Shown here: one piece after another, positions 29,183 to 39,073 of the stretch
Layout of the letters: every line of letters starts with the position of its first letter
Position numbering within the stretch: the first letter of the stretch is position 1
From: an uncultured Spirochaetota bacterium
GTDB lineage: Bacteria; Spirochaetota; UBA4802; UBA5550
Length of the DNA: 64,000 nt
Direction of reading: 5' to 3'
NCBI GenBank assembly: GCA_963827275.1
Contig: CAWHAA010000008.1
Location: 192,001 to 256,000, forward strand
Translations under genes and position numbers: made by a program
Notes under the pieces: model-generated
Databases searched by the model: none
The model's input: only the letters and a program-made list of their open reading frames with translations
What the model was told of the DNA's origin: nothing

Positions 29183-31003
29183 CTATCCCTCCAGGACATT
29201 GAGGGCGTGCTGGACCCGGCCGAAGGGGGCGGATATCTGTGCTCCCTGGATCATACCGCGCATATCTTTAAGGAGCTCCCGCGCGATCTGTATCCCTTCC
29301 TTCACCGCCTCCGCGCCTGTGCCGGCGCCGCGCATCCGGTCGAGGATCGATTGGGGGACGATGACCCCGGGCACTTCGTTGTTCATGAATTCCGCGTTTT
29401 TGAATGAAACGAGCGGCCACAGCCCTGCCAGGAGCGGGATGCCGATGCCCTGGATGCGCGTGATGAACGCCTCGAACTGGACAATGTCGAAGACCGGCTG
29501 GGTGATGATGAATTCAGCCCCCGCGTCCTTCTTGCGGAAGAGCCGGTCGATTTCGCGCTCCTGGTCCTCGAAGCCGGGGTTCGCGCCCACGCCGATGCAG
29601 AAGGAGGTGGGTTTTCCGATCGGGTTCCCGCCGATGTCATGGCCGTGGTTCAGCCCGTTCACCACCCGGGTGAGCCCGATCGAGTCGAGATCGAACACGG
29701 CGGTGGCGTCCGGGTAATCGCCGAGCTTCGGCGGATCGCCGGTGATGATCAGCACGTTGCGGAGCCCCGCCGCCTGGGCGCCCAGGAAATCGGACTGCAT
29801 CCCGATGATGTTCCGGTCGCGGCAGGTGTAGTGGAGCACGGTCTCAATCCCCGCCTCACGCTCGAGCAGTATGGCCAGCGGCATGGGAGCCAGGCGCGCC
29901 GAGGCGCGCGGTCCGTCAGGGATGTTGACCGCGTCGATGCCGTTTGTCTTCAGGAGCTTCGCCGATTCGATGACCGCCGACGCGTCGCAGCCGCGCGGCG
30001 GGGTGATCTCGACAGAGGTGACGAATTCGCCGCGGGCGAGCTTCGCGGCGAAGCGCGACTTCTCGCCCAGGGGCACGGGTTCCACCTCGTTCCGCGGCGC
30101 GGCGGTCACCGCCGCGGCCTCCCGCTTTTCCGGGAACCGCGACTTGATGGCCTGCTTCATCGCCCGGATATGCCTCGGCGTGGTGCCGCAGCAGCCGCCG
30201 ATGATGTTCGCGCCGTTGCCGAGGAACTGGGCCGCGTATTCGGACAGGTATTCAGGTGTAGTCATGTAGATGTTGCGTCCGCCCACGTGGCGGGGATAGC
30301 CCGCGTTCGGCTGGACCGATATCGGCCTGTCCGTGAGGCGCGTCAGCTTTTTCAATAAATCGAGCATGGGGGCGGGGCCGACGGTGCAGTTGAGGCCGAT
30401 GACATCAACGCCGGTGCCGTTCAGGTATGCGACGGCCCGCTCCATCGTGGTGCCGTAATCGGTGCGCCCCTCCTCGTTGACCGCGAGCTGAAAGATGACC
30501 GGGAGTTTTTTCTCTGCAAGGACCGCGCCGGCCGCGGCCTCGATCATCTCCATCTGGCCGAACGTTTCCAGGATGAGCAGGTCCACGCCCCCCTCAATCA
30601 GCGCCTCGGCCTGTTCGCGGTAGGCGTGCTCAGCGTCGGGACGGCTCACGGCGCCGAGCGGCTCCACGTTGGTGGAAAGGGGGCCGATCGACCCTGCGAC
30701 CAGGAGGCCGGGCCCCGCGGCGCGGGCGATGCGCGCGCCGGCGATGTTGATATCGCGTATTTTTTCCGCCAGGGCGTACTTGGCCAGGTTGATCCTGTTC
30801 GCGCCGAAGGTATTGGTCTCGAGGACGTCGCACCCGGCCTTGGCGTACTCCGCGTGGATGCTTTCAATCATCCGCGGCTGGGTGAGGTTCAGGTTGTCAA
30901 AGCACTGGTTGATATAGACGCCCTTGTCGTAGATAATCGACCCCATGGCGCCGTCAAAGAGGACCGCCCTGCCTTCCGCGAGCATTGATAAAAATGGATG
31001 CAT
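29183..31003 (-). CDS. Bifunctional homocysteine S-methyltransferase / methylenetetrahydrofolate reductase (YitJ-like)
   Basis: N-terminal DGAMG, NCTVGP, GGCCGTTP; C-terminal VEITPPRG, TCRDRN, TGDPPK, ITQPVFD. Confidence 0.92.
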   Translation of the reverse strand: MHPFLSMLAEGRAVLFDGAMGSIIYDKGVYINQCFDNLNLTQPRMIESIHAEYAKAGCDVLETNTFGANRINLAKYALAEKIRDINIAGARIARAAGPGLLVAGSIGPLSTNVEPLGAVSRPDAEHAYREQAEALIEGGVDLLILETFGQMEMIEAAAGAVLAEKKLPVIFQLAVNEEGRTDYGTTMERAVAYLNGTGVDVIGLNCTVGPAPMLDLLKKLTRLTDRPISVQPNAGYPRHVGGRNIYMTTPEYLSEYAAQFLGNGANIIGGCCGTTPRHIRAMKQAIKSRFPEKREAAAVTAAPRNEVEPVPLGEKSRFAAKLARGEFVTSVEITPPRGCDASAVIESAKLLKTNGIDAVNIPDGPRASARLAPMPLAILLEREAGIETVLHYTCRDRNIIGMQSDFLGAQAAGLRNVLIITGDPPKLGDYPDATAVFDLDSIGLTRVVNGLNHGHDIGGNPIGKPTSFCIGVGANPGFEDQEREIDRLFRKKDAGAEFIITQPVFDIVQFEAFITRIQGIGIPLLAGLWPLVSFKNAEFMNNEVPGVIVPQSILDRMRGAGTGAEAVKEGIQIARELLKDMRGMIQGAQISAPFGRVQHALNVLEG

Positions 31004-31147
31004 GGTATGATTCCTTTATTGGTAACGCGGCCTGCTTCCCGATAGAGTGATATTCCGCACAGGCCAAACGATATGTCAAGAAACTAACCGGCCCTGGAAT
31101 GTGAATGGGCGTTTGTTCGTAACGCGATCCTGACAGTCAGAGGCAAT

Positions 31148-31179
31148 AAAAAAAACGGCTGAAAATCCAGCCGTTTTTT
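31148..31179. terminator. Intrinsic terminator (bidirectional form)
   Basis: AAAAAACGGCTG-AAAATC-CAGCCGTTTTTT downstream of 31206..31667. Confidence 0.85.
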
Positions 31180-31205
31180 GCACTATGCCGCAGAATGCCG
31201 CTTAT

Positions 31206-31667
31206 TTATTTGACGCGGTACCACTTCTGCGTCCGGTAAAAGAACGCGAGATACCCGCGGACGGTCAGGGTGTCGCCCTTGACCCAGATTTTGCAGGTGT
31301 AGAATTTGCCGTTGTCCGGGTCCATGATTTTTCCGCCCGCGTATTCTTCGCCGAATTTTTTATCGACCTTGCCGGTTTTTTTCATATTTGAGAATATGAA
31401 CATGCCGACCACCGGCTTGTTGTACAGGTCGCCCTTGCATTTATCGCAGAGGGTGTCCTGCGGTTTCAGCAGGAGCTTGACGATCTTGGCGGAATAAACG
31501 CCATTGGTTTCAGCTATTACCAGGTGGGATTTTGCCTTCCCCTTGTCAGCTCCTTCATCGGCGATTGTTTTCCATGTGCCGGCCAGGACCTCCGCGGCCC
31601 GGACGTTCAGGTTCATCACCGCGACGGCGGCGATCATGATTATTGCGACAGCAAAAAGCTTTTTCAT
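31206..31667 (-). CDS. DUF2147 family exported protein
   Basis: Signal peptide, GTWKT, CDKC, GGKIMDPDNGKFYTCKIW, VRGY, RTQKWYR. Confidence 0.88.
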   Translation of the reverse strand: MKKLFAVAIIMIAAVAVMNLNVRAAEVLAGTWKTIADEGADKGKAKSHLVIAETNGVYSAKIVKLLLKPQDTLCDKCKGDLYNKPVVGMFIFSNMKKTGKVDKKFGEEYAGGKIMDPDNGKFYTCKIWVKGDTLTVRGYLAFFYRTQKWYRVK

Positions 31668-31700
31668 ACGTTGTTTCCTCCTTCTGGTATATTAGGGTGG

Positions 31701-31729
31701 ATGCTATAATATAACTGACGCGGTGTCAA
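31701..31729 (-). promoter_or_regulatory. Sigma70-type promoter
   Basis: TTGACA-17 nt-TAGCAT upstream of 31667. Confidence 0.55.
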
Positions 31730-31765
31730 GTTTCTTCCCTCCGCGATACGACGGGCGTGTGCCCG

Positions 31766-32194
31766 TTATTTTACACGGGTCCAGATTTCCGACCTGCCGA
31801 AGAGCGGGATGCCGACAAAGCCCTTGACGTTCAGCTTGTCGTCGCTCTTGAGCCACATTTTGCATTTGTAGGTGTTTCCCGTGTCGGGATCGTAGATCTG
31901 CCCCCCGATCCATTGGTTGTTCTTAAAGGTAAATCCCCACAGCATCCTCATCCCGAGTATCTTGTTCTTTCGTTTTTCCGGGTCAGGATTTTTTGTGTCC
32001 AGGTCTTCCGGGGTCTTGAGCCAGGTAATAATGCCGCAGAAATTCTCGCCGCATTTGCTGATGGTCACCTTCGCATCTTCCTTGGGGACGAGCCACACGC
32101 CGAGCGCGGACTCCGCGGTGTAGGCGGCAAGCAGCGATACCGTGATGGCAACGGAGCATGCAATAACGATGAACGGGACAAGTATCTTTTTCAT
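31766..32194 (-). CDS. DUF2147 family exported protein
   Basis: Signal peptide, GVW, CG.ITWL, D.KNPDP, GGQIYDPDTGNTYKC, GRSEIWTR. Confidence 0.9.
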   Translation of the reverse strand: MKKILVPFIVIACSVAITVSLLAAYTAESALGVWLVPKEDAKVTISKCGENFCGIITWLKTPEDLDTKNPDPEKRKNKILGMRMLWGFTFKNNQWIGGQIYDPDTGNTYKCKMWLKSDDKLNVKGFVGIPLFGRSEIWTRVK

Positions 32195-32222
32195 GTCTGT
32201 CTCCTTTGTTATGTGATGACGC

Positions 32223-32250
32223 AGTATACCTGAAAAAAATTTCCTGTCAA
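32223..32250 (-). promoter_or_regulatory. Sigma70-type promoter
   Basis: TTGACA-16 nt-TATACT upstream of 32194. Confidence 0.65.
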
Positions 32251-32255
32251 TACAT

Positions 32256-32284
32256 AAAAAAAGGCGGCCCGGGGGCCGCCTTTT
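32256..32284 (-). terminator. Intrinsic terminator of the thiolase gene
   Basis: GGCGGCC/GGCCGCC stem followed on the minus strand by T7. Confidence 0.85.
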
Positions 32285-32303
32285 CCGTCCAGTCCGGATG
32301 CCG

Positions 32304-33593
<1,290 letters not shown>

Positions 33594-33749
33594 ATATGTC
33601 CTCCCAAAATTTTTTTAACTTTCTGACACTATGTCTCAAGATTTTCCGCGGGGGGCTATTTGTAAAGGAAATTAATAATGCGGGGGAATTAATTTTCCCG
33701 TAGATGGGGTACCGTGCCTCGTACAACCGCGTTCCACATGCCGGCCGCC

Positions 33750-34601
33750 TCACGATTTTTCCATGTCAGGATAGAGCCGCTTCATGCATTCCGGGCACAG
33801 GCTGTGGCTGAAGGTCGCTTCTGACCGGTCCTCAATGTACCGCTCCACCTGCTGCCAGTACCCGCCGTCGTCACGCACCTTTTTGCAGTTCGAGCATATC
33901 GGGAGGAGCCCGGAGAGGTGCCTCACGTTTGCAAGGGCGTCCTTGAGGTTGTTCCTTTCAATTTCAAGTTCGTCATTCTTGTCCTGGATCAGCCGGTTGT
34001 CCAGGAACATCTGAAGGCGGAACCCGAAGATCAGGCGGGATGTTATCCAGGCGAAACTATTGAGCGCCAGGGTGTTCCACGCGTTCGTTACGGCCACTTT
34101 CTGGCTTACGGCATCGTAGGGCATGATCGCAATGAAAAGCAGAAAGCTCGCGAGGAAGAACAGGGCGCCCCGCAGCGGTTCCAGGTAAAGAAAAATTGCC
34201 ACCCCGTACACCATCAGCATGTACAACGGCAGCGGGAGGTGGAGTCCTGACGCGGGATCGGCGGTCCGGATTGCCCAGGTGAAAAAAGAGGACCACACGA
34301 GATAAAAGGCAATACTGAGGTATATCAGGGCCTGTTTCAGCCGGATGTGCCCCGCCCGTTTTTTGAGCACCGCAAGCAGGGGCAGCATCGGAAGGTTGAA
34401 CAGGAGAAGAGAGAGGGGATATCGCAAAATGTCCGAAGCGTCCTGCCTGAATGAGATATACACTCCCAGTTCCACCAGTGTCAGGATTGCGCCGCCAATA
34501 ATGAGCCGTGTCAGGTTATCTGATTGAATGGCATTCCTGAATCGCGCGGCGTGGGCGTCGGGGACAGGCATGAATAATTTTTTCAGCTGCGTGCGAATCA
34601 T
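33750..34601 (-). CDS. Multi-TM membrane protein with C-terminal Cys/His-rich domain
   Basis: About 6 TMs, coiled coil, then LLPICSNCKKVRDDGGYWQQVERYI...FSHSLCPEC. Confidence 0.8.
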   Translation of the reverse strand: MIRTQLKKLFMPVPDAHAARFRNAIQSDNLTRLIIGGAILTLVELGVYISFRQDASDILRYPLSLLLFNLPMLPLLAVLKKRAGHIRLKQALIYLSIAFYLVWSSFFTWAIRTADPASGLHLPLPLYMLMVYGVAIFLYLEPLRGALFFLASFLLFIAIMPYDAVSQKVAVTNAWNTLALNSFAWITSRLIFGFRLQMFLDNRLIQDKNDELEIERNNLKDALANVRHLSGLLPICSNCKKVRDDGGYWQQVERYIEDRSEATFSHSLCPECMKRLYPDMEKS

Positions 34602-34807
34602 GTTGTTTCATGGACCGGTTATTTTTTTGAATATCGATACCGCATTCATCCAAACGTAAAATATGAATACAGGGGCAGTAAAAAATTCAAGAATAAAACA
34701 GGCATGGCGTATAAAAATCAGCAGGGCTTGCCTTTTTGCCCGATCAATTGCCGTATCGCAGCAGACCGGCCTGATGCAACGGGCCGTACCGGTAGCGGGC
34801 CCGTGTT

Positions 34808-35904
34808 CCCAAATTCAAGGCTGAAATGCAACAGAGGATTAAATAGATGACATCATAAGGCTTTAATCCTAAGAGATTAAGTGACCAAACCAAATCTCAA
34901 GGGAGGCCTTATGATGCCATACGTACATTTAAACCTATGTGATAGAAAAGTCATCAAAAAAATGCTTAGTAGAAATAATAGTATAAGGGAAATAGCTGAA
35001 TATATAGAGCGTCATCCAAGTACCATTTCTCGTGAAATAAAACGTAATAAAGATAACTATTGGTACCATCCTGTTCATGCCCATGAGAAATATCTCATGC
35101 GAAGGAAGGAATCAAAGATTGCTATTATTGAAAGCAATGACAATCTCAGGGAATATATTACACAGGAATTGAGAAACAGGAAATCCCCTGATGCCATATC
35201 AGGCCGGTTAAAATTAACCCATAAGAACCGTCCAGATATGCAGATAAGCCACGAATCCATTTATACCTGGATATATCAACGTGCAAAACAAGGGGATGAG
35301 ATTTACAAATATTTATCTCGAGGAGTAAAAAAACGGCATAAAAGACTCAATATCAAGCGATCTCGTATACAAATTCCCGATAGAATTAGTATTCATGCCC
35401 GGCCTCAATCAGTTGAAAGCCGTCGATCAAAGGGTCATTGGGAAGGAGATACAATTACCGGGAAAAATCATCAAGCATACATTGCCACATTGGTTGAAAG
35501 AAAGTCATACTTTCTGGCTGCAGGTTTTATGGGTGATAAGCGATCAGAAACATGTAATAGGTCAATTCTTGAAGCATTTGGAGATATAGATAACAAATCC
35601 ATAAAATCCATAACCTTTGATAATGGCTCGGAATTCTATCAACATAAAAATCTACAGGAAGCGCTTGAATGCAAGGTCTATTTCGCTGATCCGTATAGTG
35701 CCTGGCAGAGAGGAATTAACGAACATACGAATGGTCTTCTACGGAAATATTTTCCCAAAAGTATGAATTTCAAAGACTTGACACAAAATGAGGTTGATGA
35801 GGCTATAAAAAAGCTAAATGATACACCTCGTAAATCTCTTGGATATAGAACTCCTTATGAGGTCTTCTATAATCTAACCGTTGCACTTCAATCTTGAACT
35901 GGGG
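34808..35904 (+). mobile_element. Complete IS30-family insertion sequence (~1.1 kb)
   Basis: IRL CCCAAATTCAAGGCTGAAATGCAAC and IRR reverse complement CCCCAGTTCAAGATTGAAGTGCAAC match 20/25; GTT direct repeats at 34805-34807 and 35905-35907; strongly AT-rich. Confidence 0.92.
34911..35897 (+). CDS. IS30-family DDE transposase
   Basis: HPSTISREIKRN, ISHESIY, GHWEGDT, TFDNGSEF, PYSAWQRGINEHTNGLLR, PRKSLGYRTP. Confidence 0.96.
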   Translation: MMPYVHLNLCDRKVIKKMLSRNNSIREIAEYIERHPSTISREIKRNKDNYWYHPVHAHEKYLMRRKESKIAIIESNDNLREYITQELRNRKSPDAISGRLKLTHKNRPDMQISHESIYTWIYQRAKQGDEIYKYLSRGVKKRHKRLNIKRSRIQIPDRISIHARPQSVESRRSKGHWEGDTITGKNHQAYIATLVERKSYFLAAGFMGDKRSETCNRSILEAFGDIDNKSIKSITFDNGSEFYQHKNLQEALECKVYFADPYSAWQRGINEHTNGLLRKYFPKSMNFKDLTQNEVDEAIKKLNDTPRKSLGYRTPYEVFYNLTVALQS

Positions 35905-36051
35905 GTTTCGTGCGGCGCTATGCCATAAAAAGCGCTGGACAGGGTAGCTGAAATTTTGTAATGAATACGACGTTTGAAGCGTACGGCGCCTTGCCGTTCG
36001 CTTCGCCGGGGTTGCGCATTAATACACACTACACCATGCATGGAGGACCGG

Positions 36052-37176
36052 ATGAAAACCAGGATAACAGAGCTTTTTGGGATACAATATCCGATAATTT
36101 TGCCCGGCATGAGCTGGATCAGCGTGCCGGAACTGGTGGCGGCAGTCTGCAATGCGGGCGGATTGGGCTACCTGGCCACCGGGCCGTTAAGCCCTGACCA
36201 GACAAGGGCCTCCATTAAAAGGATACGGGAGCTTACGAAAAGGCCCTTCGGTGTGGGCGCCACGCTGCTCATGCCCGGCGCCAGGGAAAATGCCGAGGTG
36301 GCCATACAGGAAAAGGTCCCGGTCCTGAACATCTCCCTGGGAAAGGGCGAAGACCTGATCACGCGCGTGCATGCGTACGGCGGCAAGGTGATAACCACCG
36401 TCACCACGGTGGAGCACGCCCTGGCTGCGGAAAAGGCGGGCGCGGACGCTCTCCAGGTGACGGGCCACGAGGCGGCGGCGCACGGGAGCGCGGTTACCAC
36501 GATGGTGCTGGTCCCGGCGATCGTCGATGCGGTGAAGATACCCGTGGTTGCGATAGGCGGCATTGCGGACGGAAGGGGAATGGCGGCGGCGCTGGCACTG
36601 GGCGCGGAAGGGATCGGGATGGGGACCAGGCTTTCCATGACAAAGGAAAGTCCGGTGCACATGAATACCCAGAAGAAGCAGCTTGAAAGCGGGATCCAGG
36701 ACACCATCTATTCAAACCGCTTCGATGCCCTCTGGTGCAGAGTGTTAAAAACGCCGAACGCCGAGAAGGTGATCAAGAGGGGGCGGAACCTGCCGAAAGG
36801 GTTTTTAGCCTCGTTTGCCATCGCGAAGTCGCTCGGTATGTCATGGTTCGGCCTTGCCGCGTCGATCCTGACGGGCAAGAAGGGCGAGAAATCAGAATCT
36901 GCACCGGCACCAGGGCCGAAAGTAAAAAAGAAAAAGAAATCGCTCATACGGCTCATGATAGATAATACAAAGATGGCCATGAACCTGGCGCACATGGCGA
37001 CGGGATATGTGTACATCCAGAAAGCAACACAGGCCGGCGACCTTGAGCATGGCGTACAGCTCATCGGGCAGGTCCAGGGCCTGATACATGACCTCCCGAC
37101 CGTGGCCCAGGTGATACAGAGGACCGTGAAAGAGGCGAAGGAGATCCATAAGAAAATGGGAGCGAAGGTAGGATAA
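36052..37176 (+). CDS. Nitronate monooxygenase / FabK-like flavoprotein
   Basis: MKTRITELFGIQYPII, AVCNAGGLG, GHEAAAH, IGGIADGRG.AAALALGAEG..MGTR; GGAGG RBS. Confidence 0.9.
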   Translation: MKTRITELFGIQYPIILPGMSWISVPELVAAVCNAGGLGYLATGPLSPDQTRASIKRIRELTKRPFGVGATLLMPGARENAEVAIQEKVPVLNISLGKGEDLITRVHAYGGKVITTVTTVEHALAAEKAGADALQVTGHEAAAHGSAVTTMVLVPAIVDAVKIPVVAIGGIADGRGMAAALALGAEGIGMGTRLSMTKESPVHMNTQKKQLESGIQDTIYSNRFDALWCRVLKTPNAEKVIKRGRNLPKGFLASFAIAKSLGMSWFGLAASILTGKKGEKSESAPAPGPKVKKKKKSLIRLMIDNTKMAMNLAHMATGYVYIQKATQAGDLEHGVQLIGQVQGLIHDLPTVAQVIQRTVKEAKEIHKKMGAKVG

Positions 37177-37233
37177 CGACGGCCATCAGGTCAGGGCTCG
37201 AATGATGATCCCCGAATGCGTGGCGTGTCCGCC

Positions 37234-38823
37234 CTAGTTGTCAATTTTATAGACATGGAGCTCGTACGGCTCAAAGTGGTCGGTGAATACGCCGTTGACC
37301 ATCGTGACGGTCCGCACGTCATTGAGCACCGTCACGGTTTTGGTGCCGGTCTGCCCGCTTACGGTAAACTCCGCGTCCACCGCCAGTCCGTGGATGTGAT
37401 CCTGGTTACCGTTCCCCATCGCAAAGATGTAGGTGTCCCCCGCAAATTGCTTGGTCAGGAAGATGACGTCCACCGGGCCGCCGGTGGTTGCCGTCGTCCC
37501 GGCGACGTCCGGGGTGAGCAATACCGCGCCGAAGGCGTAAACGGTTTCGTTCGCCGCTTTCATCGCCGCGGGTATTCCCGGCTCGAGGAGGGCCGCGTAG
37601 TTGCCCAGGGATAGCGGGGAAAAATCGTGGCAGAAGTACATCGCGCCCCGCGCGCCGCTGATGACCATGTTCCACACCGTCGGCATGATATAGGAGGGGG
37701 GCATCCGCTGGAACATCCAGTTATCGCTGGAGGCGTGCGTCCAGGGCGCGGACGCCTCCAGAACGCCCCAGACGGGACGCGACTTCCCGTCGTGGCTCGC
37801 CCACTTGATCGTGTTCTTCACGCTCCTTCCATATGTCCAGATGCCGTGGTTCTCGGGAAATTCCCAGGGATCGGTTATGCCGTACAGGTCGCTCGAGATG
37901 ACGTCGGTCGGCCCGATGTAGCATTCGAAATCGAGCTCCTGCGACCCGAGCGAACCGTATTCGTATTCGATCCCGTGCCATTCATCCTTCGCGAAGGGCT
38001 TGCCGAAATTCGCGTATACCTCCCGCGTGTTGTCGTACGATAATAACAGGTCGCCCAGGGCGTCCCATGCTGCGGGCGTACTGGCTTCCCTCTCGGCAGG
38101 GATGACGCTGTTCCTGTTCATGTCGGGCTCGTCCCCGAGCACATACCCCTTGAATATGCCCCAGAATGCCGGATGGTCGTTGATCCAGTTCACCGCCGCC
38201 TGGTCGTTGCCGGTATAGACATTCATGCCCGCGTCCTTGAGCGCCTGCATCGACGCGAGCGCGTATCCCGGGTACATGTCAACCTCGCCCGGCCAGTTCC
38301 AGAGGCCGATATAGGTGTTGATGCCGATGTCCTTGTAGGTCTGCGCCATGGTTTTCCCGTTGAACATGCTTTCCGGCGACTGCAGCCACACGCCGAAGAC
38401 AAATGACCTGTCCGCGAGCGAGGCGGGGGTCACCGCCAGCTGCGCTGCGTTGCTGGTCGTTTCACCGTAGGGGCCCGTTATCCTGACCGAGTAGAGCCCC
38501 ACGTCCGCGGCGCTCGCCGCGCTGATGGCAAGGGTGGAGCTGTCGGTGCCGACAGGAACGCCGTCTTTCAACCACTGGAAATGGCAGAAGGGTTCGTATC
38601 CCACGGTGACTGAAAACGTCACGCTCCCGCCCTCGGTTACCGTCTGGCTGATCGGGTGTGTTGCTATGCTTCTCCGTGCTTCATCCACGCCCAGGGCGTG
38701 GGCCACGAGCAGTGCTTTCTTTATGAGCGGGGAATTGGAGGCAAAATTGATGAAGCCGGCATCGCAGCCGGTACCGCACAGCAGCGGCAACAATATAAGT
38801 ATCGATAGATATTTTTTTTTCAT
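37234..38823 (-). CDS. Lipoprotein with Ig-like domain and putative glycoside-hydrolase-like domain
   Basis: Lipobox-like GTGC; QTVTEGGSVTFSV...FQWLKDG...DVGLYSV Ig motif; GDEPD and WGVLEAS; C-terminal FEPYELHVY. Confidence 0.7.
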   Translation of the reverse strand: MKKKYLSILILLPLLCGTGCDAGFINFASNSPLIKKALLVAHALGVDEARRSIATHPISQTVTEGGSVTFSVTVGYEPFCHFQWLKDGVPVGTDSSTLAISAASAADVGLYSVRITGPYGETTSNAAQLAVTPASLADRSFVFGVWLQSPESMFNGKTMAQTYKDIGINTYIGLWNWPGEVDMYPGYALASMQALKDAGMNVYTGNDQAAVNWINDHPAFWGIFKGYVLGDEPDMNRNSVIPAEREASTPAAWDALGDLLLSYDNTREVYANFGKPFAKDEWHGIEYEYGSLGSQELDFECYIGPTDVISSDLYGITDPWEFPENHGIWTYGRSVKNTIKWASHDGKSRPVWGVLEASAPWTHASSDNWMFQRMPPSYIMPTVWNMVISGARGAMYFCHDFSPLSLGNYAALLEPGIPAAMKAANETVYAFGAVLLTPDVAGTTATTGGPVDVIFLTKQFAGDTYIFAMGNGNQDHIHGLAVDAEFTVSGQTGTKTVTVLNDVRTVTMVNGVFTDHFEPYELHVYKIDN

Positions 38824-39073
38824 ACCGGACTCTGTCGTTTATTGAAATCATGAAGTGATGCGTATATCGCCGCCGGCGGTTTACGCCGTTACCCATTCAA
38901 TAATATTATAGCGGGAACGCGCAATTGACAACCACTTTTTCGCGATAATAAAAAAGGGCCGGGCATGCGGGACAAAAAATGCTTGATAAATAGCGCCGGA
39001 ATGATTTGCTCAAAGACGTATTTCCCGGAGCAGGGGGGCAGGACAACACCAGAAGTCAAGGGGCATTGCCGAC

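Noticed and set aside
31004..31150. SAM or cobalamin riboswitch ahead of the methionine genes
   Set aside because: Short leader after a TTGACA-type promoter; no recognisable S-box or B12-box consensus
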